From assembly GCA_051252375.1 (NCBI GenBank), contig JBPOFY010000003.1:288001-352000 (forward strand): a DNA stretch of 64,000 bases, read 5' to 3'. Both the position numbers and the translations under genes were made by a program. The notes under the pieces were generated by a model, which was given only the letters and a program-made list of their open reading frames with translations, made no database searches and had not been told where the DNA came from. How positions within the stretch are numbered: position 1 is the stretch's first letter; each line of letters starts with the position of its first letter. Source of the DNA: Opitutaceae bacterium (GTDB lineage Bacteria > Verrucomicrobiota > Verrucomicrobiia > Opitutales > Coraliomargaritaceae). Of the stretch, positions 9,326 to 19,174 are shown piece after piece.

Positions 9326-10723
9326 TTATTGATTTTGAAATTCTATGCAAATAACTGATGCGGTTGGATCCGTAGCTGGTTGAGCTAGGTCGATTGCGAC
9401 GCCTTCTTCGTTTTGCTTAAATGAAATTTCAGATTTCTCTGTATCAGCGAGGTAGTAAATCTTTGCGATCTTTTGATCAACGGTGGGTATCTGTAGTTGT
9501 TCAGACCATTTAAAGATATGGATGTAAAGCTTGCCGGGTTTGGTTGTGGCCCGCCATTGCCATTTCGCGATGAACTCGGGTTTACCTTTGGAATCTTTCT
9601 CGGTCTTGCTGTAGTAGCCGACCTCGGGGCCGAAGGGAGTGGGGCCGCAACCGTAAATAGCTTCGCCGTTTACTTCTAGCCAATCACCAATGGTTCCAAG
9701 GCGGTCGATGTTGGGTTGTGGGATAATGCCTTCGCCGGTGGGACCGACATTGAGTAGATAGTTGCCACCTTTGCTGACGATATCGATCAGGTTGCGGACG
9801 AGTGTCTCCGGTTCGCGGTAACCGGCCGTCTTGTTGTAGCCCCAGTATTTGCTGGTGATCGTCATGCAGGTTTCCCATGGCTTGATGTCTTTTCCGGATG
9901 GGATCTTCTGTTCGGGGGTGCCGTAGTCGCCGAGGCCATGGCCGATGCGACTGTTGATAATACAGTCGGGTTGGAGCTCCCGTATCATGTCGCGCAAATC
10001 AAGGCTCTGCTCTTTGGTAATCACGCCGTAGGTGTCGAACCACATGATGCCTATTGGACCATATTGTGTGAGTAGCTCGCGGACTTGTGGCTTTACTTTG
10101 CGCTCATAGTATTTGGAGAAGTCCTTGATGCTTTCGTCGGGGTAGTCGATCAGGTTGCTGCGGAAACCGACCGGTGCATCGCCAAATCCACCGGTGGGCA
10201 CATCAGGGTCTTCCCAGTCGCGACCGAGGGAGTAGTAGACACAAAACTTGAGCCCGTGTTTGGCGCAGGCGTCGGCCAGTTCTTTGATTGGGTCGCGGCC
10301 AAAGGCGCTGGCTTCGACGATGTCGTAGGGGCTCGAAGGGGAGTCAAACATCGCAAAGCCATCGTGATGCTTGGTGGTGATCACGATGTATTTCATGCCC
10401 GCGTCTTTGGCGATGCGCACCCATTCGTCCGCATCGAACTCGACCGGATTGAAGCCAGCTGCGAATTCCTTGTATTCAGCTAGCGGGATCTTGGCCGTGA
10501 ACTGTAACCATTCGCCATGGTCGGTCGTGCCATTCCACTCGCCACCTGCCTTGGAGTAAGCGCCCCAGTGAATGAACATGCCAAACTTGGCATCCTGCCA
10601 CCATTCGAGTCGTGAAGAAAATGCATCTGAATCGATAGGAGTGGTGTCCGCTTGGCTGCTTAGACCACTTAATAGTAGCCCGACAATACAAAGGGGGAGG
10701 GTTGAAATAGTTTGTATCTTCAT
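9326..10723 (-). CDS. GH29 alpha-L-fucosidase
   Basis: Signal peptide; WWQDAKFGMFIHWG, TTKHHDGFAMF, IMWFD, PWETCMT, GGNYLLNVGP. Confidence 0.95.
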   Translation of the reverse strand: MKIQTISTLPLCIVGLLLSGLSSQADTTPIDSDAFSSRLEWWQDAKFGMFIHWGAYSKAGGEWNGTTDHGEWLQFTAKIPLAEYKEFAAGFNPVEFDADEWVRIAKDAGMKYIVITTKHHDGFAMFDSPSSPYDIVEASAFGRDPIKELADACAKHGLKFCVYYSLGRDWEDPDVPTGGFGDAPVGFRSNLIDYPDESIKDFSKYYERKVKPQVRELLTQYGPIGIMWFDTYGVITKEQSLDLRDMIRELQPDCIINSRIGHGLGDYGTPEQKIPSGKDIKPWETCMTITSKYWGYNKTAGYREPETLVRNLIDIVSKGGNYLLNVGPTGEGIIPQPNIDRLGTIGDWLEVNGEAIYGCGPTPFGPEVGYYSKTEKDSKGKPEFIAKWQWRATTKPGKLYIHIFKWSEQLQIPTVDQKIAKIYYLADTEKSEISFKQNEEGVAIDLAQPATDPTASVICIEFQNQ

Positions 10724-10785
10724 AGTGTGAATTTTTTGCAGAATTTGTTTTCAGTATTCTTAGAGCAGGTGTTCTCTGACATGTG

Positions 10786-13700
10786 TCACCAAAGGAGCTC
10801 TACGTCTTCGGGCCACTGCTTTACATCGGTGTATGCTTGATTGCCCGCTTCAAAGGTCGAACCCTCAAAGACGACGTCGCATTTCAAGAGGCCCATATCG
10901 ATCTTCTCATTGTCGAAGACGCTGTTGATGACGAAAGATTGGCCGCCCACCACGCGCCACATTGCACCCCAAGTGTTATCCACGACTTCGCAACGATTTA
11001 GGATGACGTTTTGCGGCACCCATTTGGGGTCTTCGGTGTATTCGAATTTGTTATAATACTCCTCGCAGGGGAACCACATCGCGACCTTATCAAATCCGGA
11101 TAAGTGATGTTTATGAAAGAAGAGATAACCACCTTGGTCGTTGTCGGCTTGGATACCGTTTTCTTTGCCGACTTTCATGACACAACGCTGGGTTAGCAGA
11201 TGTCGGGTGGAGGTGTATTTGTTGGCTTTGCCTTCTTTAGGATACGACATATCGCAATCCGACTGGAGCACATGCCCCACAAACAAAAAGTAAACATTGT
11301 GATGCAGCCCGCCTTTGGTGCCGTTGTATTGAAAGACGCTATTGTCCATAATGATATGGTTCACGCGACTAATGCCGATGCCATGTGAACCGACATTTTT
11401 GATGGTCACGTTTTGCCACATGAATCGTTCATGGCGATCATCGTTGTCACCTCTGAGGTTCAGGCCGCTGCCTGTGTTGCCGCCACCTAGTAGAGTGAGG
11501 TCCTTGAAAATCACGTCGGTCAATTTCGGGGCTCCTTGGTCCATGAAGTTTCCTTTGCCGGTATGTGTGACAATTGTTTTGTCCCGACCTGCGCCCGATA
11601 GCGTCACCTTGCTTTGCAGTTTTAAGTCGTCCGTTTCATAGCGGCCTTCCGTCAGGTAAACGACGCCCCCTCCAGCCGCATTGGCTGCGTTGATGGCATC
11701 CTGAATATTGTCGCCGGGTTTTAAGGTGATGATATTGTCCAAGTATTGTTTTGGATGCTCGGCATGTATAAATGCATCGCCCCATTTATCTGCGATGATG
11801 GAGAGCGCCTCTGCTTCAATCGTCACCTTGGAGATTTTATATGCGGCTAGTGGGTCACCGTTGGAAATTAACTGAATGTTTAAGGCGTCGCGTGTGGTGT
11901 CTGTCGTGTCGATGCTGACGGTTTGGGATTCGTATCCGAGCTTGGCGAAACTGAGTTCGATTGTTCCGGTATCGGGTGCAGGATTGGGCCAGATGTAATG
12001 ACCGTCGGATTTCGTTTTCACCGCCTCTCCGTTGTGGCTGATCTCTACGCCATCAAGCGGCGATCCGCTTGTGTCAGCGATGCGACCAGCGATTCCACCC
12101 AGTGCGATATACTCTTTCAAAACCGCGTCATCGTTAACGTGCCAATTCTTGAAGTTTTTGCTGCGCATCATATCGGCGCCATAGAACATGCTGTCCATGA
12201 TCGTAACATACTTTCTCCAATGTCCGACAGCTTTGCCCATGGCTGTTTTAGCCTGGTTCTTATTGTCGGCGGCAAGTGCTGTGGCACCACGGATTTTTTC
12301 GGCGTAATAAAGACTGAGCCACGCCTGAGCAGTGATGCTTTTCAGGTGCACGGCTAGTTCAGCATTATCTCCAGCGGAAAGGGAGGAGAGACGCTTCAGT
12401 GCGGCTGTTGCAGAGGTCTCGATCTCGTCGGCCACTTCATGAGTGGTGCGCCCCTCAGTGCGTTTACCCGCGGCGGTGTCTGCAATACTGATAATGTCCG
12501 AGCCACCCGGAGGCTTTGCTTTGATAAATGCTTCGATAGTCACGAATCGTTTATTGCCCTGACACAGTTCGGGCCACCAATGAAAATCAAAACAGAGTGT
12601 GCCTTGAATTACCTCGGTCGCGAGCGGAACGCCGCGAGAGGCATACGACCATGCTTCAAATAGTTTCGCTGCCGATACGTCAGGGTAGCGAACGGCCATT
12701 TCATCGATGAAAGCCGAATCAGGTGTTTCTGGATTATAAGCCAAGCGTCCCCATAGCTTCTGACTATACCAGAGACGTTTGATATCCAGCTCTCCCTGAA
12801 AGACAGGGTCTTTACTGACAAAGTCGCGCGTCGCAGACATCCCGTCCGAACCATAGAAAAAGCCCTGGATGTAGCGGTCCTTATCCGGAAATCCCTGAAT
12901 GTGTGCGCGAGCGAATTGCGGATCGCCCCAGTGTAGATAGTAAAAATCGTCCTGCCTTACTTCCAACCAAGTCTTCTTATCGTTTTCCGCCAAATCCTTC
13001 GGCACGTCGCCGTGCATGGTGTAGATCAGAGTTGGTTGGGGTGTGGAATACATGTGTGCCGCAGAATACTTATACGACATATCCAGCCGGACATTCGGCA
13101 GGGCTAAGAGCGGCTTAAAATTGTTAATGACCTGCTCGATCGTAGCGTAATGCCAGCGGTGAATGAAGGTAAGGTCACGCTCAGGGTGCTCCTTTGCATA
13201 GTCCAGCATCCCTTGTCCGTAGGTTTCCCACATCCATTTGCCTTCTTCATCGTCGGAGAGCTTTTCAAAATTCTCGCCAGCCGTGACCCCAATCCCGTCT
13301 AAGTCGGGGTAGGTTTCAAACATCATGCGCACCGCTTTACGGAAATAGGCTTTGGTTGCCTCATTCTTGGGATCATTGTTAATACCGTTCTGCTGGGCCG
13401 CGCCGTAAGTATAGATGTTCCAAGTGATGAAGTAGATCTTGAAGCCGCGTCCTTTTCCGTAAGCCATCACTTGCTTCCAGAACTCGACCTTTTCCGCGGC
13501 ACTCATCTTTTTAGAATAGCCGTTGAAGCCATGCACGTCCTGCACCGACTCTTCCATGTCGAGCAGTCCCGGGAAAGGATGACAGTTCCAAATCGAAATC
13601 ACATTAAACCGATTGCGTGCCATCTCATCGAACCAGTCCTCCCAATACGACATGTCCCAAACGTGCGGAATCGCTTCCTTCGCGCCATCGCCGTTAAAAA

Positions 13701-14262
13701 CTTCGGTATGCGGTTTAAAACGATGTCCGTAATAGGTCGGTAGTCGCGCGTCCAAAGGCAGGTTATATTTAACGCCGCGGTTTTTGATGTGGGGCGATTC
13801 TTGTGAGTGATATTTTTCTTCTAGGCCCTTCGAACGGATATTTTCTGCGAGTTGTAAACCGCCATACATCAAGCCATTGGCATCGCCGCCGGTTACCCAG
13901 TAGGTGAGGGCGGGTTCTGTGGTTGTTCGCAAGGCATAGGCCTGTTCGCCCAAATGCGACGGAATATCGCTGCCTTGAGCAATCAACGTCTCTGTGAGGG
14001 CGCGGTCTTCGGCCAGCGCCAGTATGATTCTTGGATTCGTAGACTCCGACTTTAATGAAGCTAAGGGCTTCAACTCTACGGAATGATCGTTGGCCTCCAG
14101 CGCTTGTTGAACCTCGCTCGCCGCAAACGCGGACTGCGGCAGTGACTTTTTATAATAAAGATCCACAATTGCAGCATGGGTATTTATTGAGCCCAAACAT
14201 GTGAGCAGCAAAACACTGAGTAGCCTGACTATAAATTGATTCATTAAGTTGCTGTCATTCAT
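10786..14262 (-). CDS. Secreted two-catalytic-module protein: uncharacterised glycoside-hydrolase-like N-terminal module, carboxypeptidase-regulatory-like linker, C-terminal parallel beta-helix
   Basis: Signal peptide; GH20/67/115-type N-domain (VTGGDANGLMYGGLQLAE...RGVKYN) followed by a barrel-like region (YPDLDGIGVTAGEN). The C-terminal ~340 aa (IQDAINAANAAGGGVVYL...SGAGRDKTI) are paralogous to 15841..16992. Confidence 0.65.
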   Translation of the reverse strand: MNDSNLMNQFIVRLLSVLLLTCLGSINTHAAIVDLYYKKSLPQSAFAASEVQQALEANDHSVELKPLASLKSESTNPRIILALAEDRALTETLIAQGSDIPSHLGEQAYALRTTTEPALTYWVTGGDANGLMYGGLQLAENIRSKGLEEKYHSQESPHIKNRGVKYNLPLDARLPTYYGHRFKPHTEVFNGDGAKEAIPHVWDMSYWEDWFDEMARNRFNVISIWNCHPFPGLLDMEESVQDVHGFNGYSKKMSAAEKVEFWKQVMAYGKGRGFKIYFITWNIYTYGAAQQNGINNDPKNEATKAYFRKAVRMMFETYPDLDGIGVTAGENFEKLSDDEEGKWMWETYGQGMLDYAKEHPERDLTFIHRWHYATIEQVINNFKPLLALPNVRLDMSYKYSAAHMYSTPQPTLIYTMHGDVPKDLAENDKKTWLEVRQDDFYYLHWGDPQFARAHIQGFPDKDRYIQGFFYGSDGMSATRDFVSKDPVFQGELDIKRLWYSQKLWGRLAYNPETPDSAFIDEMAVRYPDVSAAKLFEAWSYASRGVPLATEVIQGTLCFDFHWWPELCQGNKRFVTIEAFIKAKPPGGSDIISIADTAAGKRTEGRTTHEVADEIETSATAALKRLSSLSAGDNAELAVHLKSITAQAWLSLYYAEKIRGATALAADNKNQAKTAMGKAVGHWRKYVTIMDSMFYGADMMRSKNFKNWHVNDDAVLKEYIALGGIAGRIADTSGSPLDGVEISHNGEAVKTKSDGHYIWPNPAPDTGTIELSFAKLGYESQTVSIDTTDTTRDALNIQLISNGDPLAAYKISKVTIEAEALSIIADKWGDAFIHAEHPKQYLDNIITLKPGDNIQDAINAANAAGGGVVYLTEGRYETDDLKLQSKVTLSGAGRDKTIVTHTGKGNFMDQGAPKLTDVIFKDLTLLGGGNTGSGLNLRGDNDDRHERFMWQNVTIKNVGSHGIGISRVNHIIMDNSVFQYNGTKGGLHHNVYFLFVGHVLQSDCDMSYPKEGKANKYTSTRHLLTQRCVMKVGKENGIQADNDQGGYLFFHKHHLSGFDKVAMWFPCEEYYNKFEYTEDPKWVPQNVILNRCEVVDNTWGAMWRVVGGQSFVINSVFDNEKIDMGLLKCDVVFEGSTFEAGNQAYTDVKQWPEDVELLW

Positions 14263-14286
14263 CGTTCATGATCTCCACTAGTCAGT

Positions 14287-15762
14287 TTAGCGTGTTGATT
14301 GCGTCGGAAGCTCCTGTATCGAAAGCGTCGCGTTATTCGTTCCGTAATCGGTGATTGGGCCAAAGCTGGTGATGTTGTTCGCTTCAGATAGCTCACCCAG
14401 TATGACGGGGTATTCCGTTTCATTGATTAGCGTATTGTGCTTCGCTTCGTAGTGAACCTTGTTCTTTTCGTAGTTCGCTTCATAGCCCTCAGGCACACCG
14501 GGGAAATCGGTGGTTAATAATTCAAACCGCGAATAGTATCCAACGACAATAGGGCGTAGTGTCGTATCAATAGGGCCTTCCGCTTGAGTCAGTTTAAAGA
14601 TGTTATTGGTCCCTCGGATCGCAGCCATCACGTGATTGCCCACCGCATGAGGTGAGGGGAGTAGTTCGATCTCGATGTAACTACGATGTGCTGCCTCAAC
14701 TTTATAGAAACCATCGGCTGGATGAATGTAAATCAATGGTCCATACGCGGCGTTGCCTTTGCAGTTGATGACTTCGCCGTGGCTTGGCATGGAATAGCCT
14801 TCTACGATGCAGTCGAGGACTGTGCAATTGCGAGCGATCGCTTTGCCGCTGGTCATGTAGAGTTTAATCCCCGCACGACATTTCTTTATGATGCAGTTTT
14901 CGACTGTGACATCACCTTTCCCAGGATAGGCGCGAATGCCGTCTTCGGTGAGATTCAACATCTTGTCTTTTGGGATGGGAAGGCCCTCTAACACATCGAA
15001 GAACACTTTATAATCGAAGCGCTTTGGCATGTCGCCGTCGTTCGTTTCAGAATACAAGTCGTTGCTCGGCCGGACGTCGCCTTCGATCAGGCAGTCTTTG
15101 ATCAGCACGTTATCAAAGTCTTTTCCCATATAGATCACATGCCCAAATGCTCGGTGCTGAAATTCGCTGCCTTCAATGGTCACGTTCTTACCGTGAATCA
15201 ATAGACTGCAGCGTTTGTCCAGTCCCGCTGCATTCTTGCCACCGATTCCGTAGATGTTCCCATAGCCATAGGGAAAGGAGCCGCGAGCGGTCAGTTTGAT
15301 GCCTTCGACTCGATTGTGATTGCCGGGCACGGTAATCAGAGCGCCGCCTTTTTGGCCCTTCGCTAGGTTCTTTCGGTCCTGATTATAGCTGCCGAAATCC
15401 GTGACTTCGGTCATGCCGTTCTTATAAACATCTTCGTATTCGCCGCCTTTCAGAGTGATGTGATTGCCGGTCAACATGAAGTAGGCGCCATTCACTTCTC
15501 CGACTGGAAATTGAATATAAACTCCCGTCATCTCGATGAGGTTGTGATCGCCCGAGCAAGGGAAGTTTCTGGATTTACGGGGAAGCTCGGTAATCGTGTA
15601 ATTCCCCGGCTTCATGATGATGTGCTGATCACTGTTTTGCACCGCTTCCCGTAATTCGGCCAGTGTGGATGCGTTGACAGTGGTTTTGGCTGATGCCGTC
15701 ATGCAAGTGAATCCGAGCAATAGTAGCATTGCCAACAGTTTGAATAGTTTATCTGAAATCAT
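14287..15762 (-). CDS. Divergent PL43 (FdlA-like) beta-helix polysaccharide lyase homolog
   Basis: Signal peptide; GSFPYGYG, HRAFGHVIY, LTEDGIRAY, CRAGI motifs shared with 19175..20746. Confidence 0.7.
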   Translation of the reverse strand: MISDKLFKLLAMLLLLGFTCMTASAKTTVNASTLAELREAVQNSDQHIIMKPGNYTITELPRKSRNFPCSGDHNLIEMTGVYIQFPVGEVNGAYFMLTGNHITLKGGEYEDVYKNGMTEVTDFGSYNQDRKNLAKGQKGGALITVPGNHNRVEGIKLTARGSFPYGYGNIYGIGGKNAAGLDKRCSLLIHGKNVTIEGSEFQHRAFGHVIYMGKDFDNVLIKDCLIEGDVRPSNDLYSETNDGDMPKRFDYKVFFDVLEGLPIPKDKMLNLTEDGIRAYPGKGDVTVENCIIKKCRAGIKLYMTSGKAIARNCTVLDCIVEGYSMPSHGEVINCKGNAAYGPLIYIHPADGFYKVEAAHRSYIEIELLPSPHAVGNHVMAAIRGTNNIFKLTQAEGPIDTTLRPIVVGYYSRFELLTTDFPGVPEGYEANYEKNKVHYEAKHNTLINETEYPVILGELSEANNITSFGPITDYGTNNATLSIQELPTQSTR

Positions 15763-15779
15763 AATCGTTCTTTTTTAAA

Positions 15780-15837
15780 GTAGTGGGAGCATCTTGCTCC
15801 CGAAATCAATGGCTCTGGAGCTGGAAGCTCCGGCTAC
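15780..15837. repeat. GTAG-type REP doublet
   Basis: + strand GTAGt-gggagc-atctt-gctccc and - strand GTAGcc-ggagc-ttcca-gctcc; intergenic. Confidence 0.7.
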
Positions 15838-15840
15838 ATT

Positions 15841-16992
15841 TTACCAAAGCAGTTCCACGCCTTCAGGCCACTGCTTCACATCTGTATAGTCTTTGTTGCC
15901 TATCTTGAAAGTAGAGCCTTCCGTTTCGATCTCACATTTGAGCAAACCCATATCGATCTTCTCATTATCGAACACGCTGTTGATGACGAAGGATTCTCCG
16001 CCCACCATGCGCCACATGGCGCCCCAAGTGTTGTCCACGATTTCGCAGCGGTTCAGAATGACATTTTGTGGCGCATATTGCGGGTCTTCGGTGTAATTAA
16101 ATTTATCGTAATAGGCCTCGCAGGGGAACCACATCGCAACTCTTCCGCAACCGGAAATCGTATACTTATGAAAGAAGAGATAGCCCGCTTGTTCGTGGTC
16201 GGACTGAATCCCATTGCCGACGCAATCACGGATCGTGCATCGCTGTGCCAACATGTGCTCGACAGAAGTGTATTTGCAGCCCTTGCCGAGGATCGGGAAG
16301 GAAAAGTCACAGTCGGATTGTAGAATGTATTTATTATACAGGAAGTAGACATTGTGATACAGCCCGTCGCCCGATCCATTGAACTGGAGCGTGCAGCGAT
16401 CCATAATAATGTTGTCGGTCCGCTTCATGTGTAGGCCGTGCGTTGGCCAATCGGTGACGTTGAGATTCTGAATCATGATGCGGCTATGGCGGCTTTCATT
16501 TCTACCGGACATGAAGATGCCGTTCGCTTTGTTCTTATGAATTCCTTTGATCCAGAGATCTTTGATTAACACATCAGTTACTTGAGGCTTGGGTTGCGCC
16601 TCGAATGCGGAGCCACTCATCTCGCCTGTTTGTTGCAGGATGGTGCGTTCGCGACCTTCGCCGACAATGCTGATCTTACTTTTCAAGACCAGCGTTTCAC
16701 TGATGGGATGAATGCCTGCCTGTAATCGGACGACACCTCCGCCAGCCTGACTGGCAGCATCGATAGCGGCTTGGATCGATTCGCCAGGACTGACGACGAT
16801 CACCTTGTCGAGAAACTGCTCTGGATATTGCACATGCACGAAGTTATCCTGCCATCTAGCCGCCATGATCGAGGTGACCTCGGGGTCGATGCTGACTGGA
16901 TCCAACTGGGCTGAAAATTCAGCCTCAGCTGATGCATGGACAGCAAACACTGCGATGAGCGAGAGCGCTACGGAGAAGAGTCTACGAGTCAT
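15841..16992 (-). CDS. Secreted right-handed parallel beta-helix protein (pectin-lyase-like fold), putative polysaccharide lyase/hydrolase
   Basis: Signal peptide; SIQAAIDAASQAGGGVVRLQAG...IVGEGRERTIL (Pectate_lyase_3-type start); repeated Cys/Asn beta-coil pattern. Confidence 0.75.
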   Translation of the reverse strand: MTRRLFSVALSLIAVFAVHASAEAEFSAQLDPVSIDPEVTSIMAARWQDNFVHVQYPEQFLDKVIVVSPGESIQAAIDAASQAGGGVVRLQAGIHPISETLVLKSKISIVGEGRERTILQQTGEMSGSAFEAQPKPQVTDVLIKDLWIKGIHKNKANGIFMSGRNESRHSRIMIQNLNVTDWPTHGLHMKRTDNIIMDRCTLQFNGSGDGLYHNVYFLYNKYILQSDCDFSFPILGKGCKYTSVEHMLAQRCTIRDCVGNGIQSDHEQAGYLFFHKYTISGCGRVAMWFPCEAYYDKFNYTEDPQYAPQNVILNRCEIVDNTWGAMWRMVGGESFVINSVFDNEKIDMGLLKCEIETEGSTFKIGNKDYTDVKQWPEGVELLW

Positions 16993-17196
16993 GGGGTATT
17001 ATATGGGTTCGCCAATCAATGCTTGGCTTATGTGGAGGACTAGCAACCCAGCCAGTGAGTTTTGGATTAGTGGTGGTTTTCGAAATCCGGACGGCGAAAC
17101 TGGGGTTGACCAGTTCCGTCTGGATATGGATTCCAGAGTGCCTGTGGCTCCGAATCCCGCAAGTGCGTTCTCTTCCCTTGAATCCGTTTCTTTATT

Positions 17197-17302
17197 CACA
17201 ACCGCTTCGCTAGAGAGCCCTACGGGCGAGTAATGGGGAGGTGAATGTTGCGGTGGCATATTTTATTCTCCCAACGCTCCCGCCTCTAGCGAAGCGGTTG
17301 TG
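17197..17302. repeat. Perfect 19-bp inverted repeat closing a ~106-nt hairpin
   Basis: cacaaccgcttcgctagag (17197-17215) is the exact reverse complement of ctctagcgaagcggttgtg (17284-17302); the inner sequence also pairs imperfectly (gggag/ctccc). Confidence 0.85.
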
Positions 17303-17338
17303 GAAATTCATTTCCCTGCTCGAATGTAAACTCAAGAA

Positions 17339-18283
17339 CTACTGATTATTTAAGTGAGAGAGAATGAAGCTTGTGGCGGCTTCGTTGATCTCTTCTATGC
17401 TTGGTGAAATATTCTTCCCGCCAAAACTATGCGTCGCATTTTTAACGCTGAGCAGCTCCACGTCGGCTCCTTTTTCTTTGGCAACTTTCATCATAAACAG
17501 GGAGTTCTTAATGTCTAGCGTGGGGTCCTTCTCGCCGTGTAGGAGTAAAATCGGCGGTGTGTCTTTTGAGAGATACTCTATTGGGCTGAGCAGGCGGGCC
17601 ATTTCTGGCTTTTCGGTAAAGAGACCATCCAGCACATGGCGTAGCGCTTCAGGATCTTCAAATCTAGATCCCTCTAGGACGTCGGGGTTTAGCAGCGTTG
17701 TCAGCGGGTAGTAGGAAGCTACGCATTTGAAATCCGGTTGGATATCTTTTAGCGATTCTTCCCCGATGAAGTCGCTGTTTTTTCCAAGAGCGGTCATCAA
17801 ACTCAAGTGTCCGCCGGCCGAACCGCCCCACACGCCATAGCGCTCGGTATCCAGATTGTATTTGTCCGCGTTCTTCAACAGGAAGCGTGCGGCATCCTTA
17901 CTGTCGACGACACTATCGTAGGCAGTCACGCCGTTTTTTGTTAAGCGATATTCAATTGAAAAACAGGCCACGCCGCTCTCGGTCAATTGCTGTAGAGTTT
18001 GGTTAAAGGACGACTTTAGAACCACATACTTATTACCGCCTCGCCAGCCGCCGCCATGCACGTGGAGCATCCATGGGACCTTATCGCCGGGCTTCACATT
18101 CTTCGGCTCGAAGTAGATCATATCGAGGGTCCTGCCGTTGACCGTTTTGTAGACGATGCCATCTTCGTAGTCGAAGGCATCGAGCTTTTCCTGTTCGTCT
18201 GCCTTCTGGCCAAAGGTTGAGGTTAGGGCTCCGCAGAGCAGGGCGGCGAGCCCGCAGATAGTTAGTTTCTTTTTCATGAACAT
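17339..18283 (-). CDS. Alpha/beta-hydrolase carbohydrate esterase (HSL/BD-FAE-like)
   Basis: Signal peptide; HGGGW, GGSAGG nucleophile, LLHGEKD, ATHSF. Confidence 0.88.
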   Translation of the reverse strand: MFMKKKLTICGLAALLCGALTSTFGQKADEQEKLDAFDYEDGIVYKTVNGRTLDMIYFEPKNVKPGDKVPWMLHVHGGGWRGGNKYVVLKSSFNQTLQQLTESGVACFSIEYRLTKNGVTAYDSVVDSKDAARFLLKNADKYNLDTERYGVWGGSAGGHLSLMTALGKNSDFIGEESLKDIQPDFKCVASYYPLTTLLNPDVLEGSRFEDPEALRHVLDGLFTEKPEMARLLSPIEYLSKDTPPILLLHGEKDPTLDIKNSLFMMKVAKEKGADVELLSVKNATHSFGGKNISPSIEEINEAATSFILSHLNNQ

Positions 18284-18292
18284 GTTGAGCCC

Positions 18293-19168
18293 TTAGTTTT
18301 GTTCACTTTTTGAATTTAGACGATGGATCTTTAGATTTTTATGTTGGTGGTGGCTGCCGACCAAACGAAAGCCGAAGTAGCCTTCGTTGTAAGCAGGGTA
18401 TTTATCCAAGTTGTAGATTTCCTCGTGCTTCTGGCGTCTGTTATTCTTGTCGCGAGTTTCGACAGTAATGGTGTCGTCTTCTTTGATTTCATAGACGACT
18501 TGACCGTCCTTAATGTATTGGACCATGCCATTGAACGCGACGAGTTGAATGGTGTGCCACTTGCCGGGGTCGATGAGAAACTCAGGCTTCTTGTCGTTTG
18601 AATTCAATGCGATGTGAGGGATGTCCTTGCCGTTCTCCCAGCGCGGGTAACGCCGCATACGAGTCGTGCTATTTTTGCCGCCACCGGTGCTCGCATAATA
18701 GCCGTGCAATTCATGGTAACCGAGGAAGCCGCCATGATAGTGCGTATCGGTCGTTTTCAGGAGGGCATCAAACTCCCGTGGATCGGAGCAGTTCCAGAAG
18801 TTGTTGATGTCGGTCACCAGAATGCCGTCGTCATCTTTGGTTTCGACGGGGCAACGAACTTGATAGGTGATTGTGATCGGACCGCTGAACTTTTTGTTCA
18901 GCCATGCGGTGCAACCGCGCTTTGGCATATAGAGATCCAGCATACCGTCTTTAAATGCGACGCGCTCTCGATACTCGGTATTATCTGTCGAGACTTGGAC
19001 GACCCAGTTTTCCGGATCGCTGAAGTCGGTGGCGTAGAGCTCTTGGCCGATGGTGAAGGCTTCCTTGCCGTAGCCGAGGACTTGTGGTTTGATATCTGCC
19101 TGAGCCGTGATGACCGAGAATAGGGCGAGGAGCGAAATGGTTAATGTTTTCATGGGATTGAGTGTCAT
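18293..19168 (-). CDS. DUF6250/YesU-like concanavalin-fold secreted protein
   Basis: Signal peptide; GCTAWLNKKFSGPITITY, DINNFW, YYASTGGGKNSTTRMRRY, YNEGYFGFR. Confidence 0.7.
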   Translation of the reverse strand: MTLNPMKTLTISLLALFSVITAQADIKPQVLGYGKEAFTIGQELYATDFSDPENWVVQVSTDNTEYRERVAFKDGMLDLYMPKRGCTAWLNKKFSGPITITYQVRCPVETKDDDGILVTDINNFWNCSDPREFDALLKTTDTHYHGGFLGYHELHGYYASTGGGKNSTTRMRRYPRWENGKDIPHIALNSNDKKPEFLIDPGKWHTIQLVAFNGMVQYIKDGQVVYEIKEDDTITVETRDKNNRRQKHEEIYNLDKYPAYNEGYFGFRLVGSHHQHKNLKIHRLNSKSEQN

Positions 19169-19174
19169 GTGATG

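Noticed and set aside
16999..17259. 86-aa ORF in the structured intergenic region
   Set aside because: No recognisable protein features and it overlaps strong hairpins; cannot be fully excluded without Ribo-seq.
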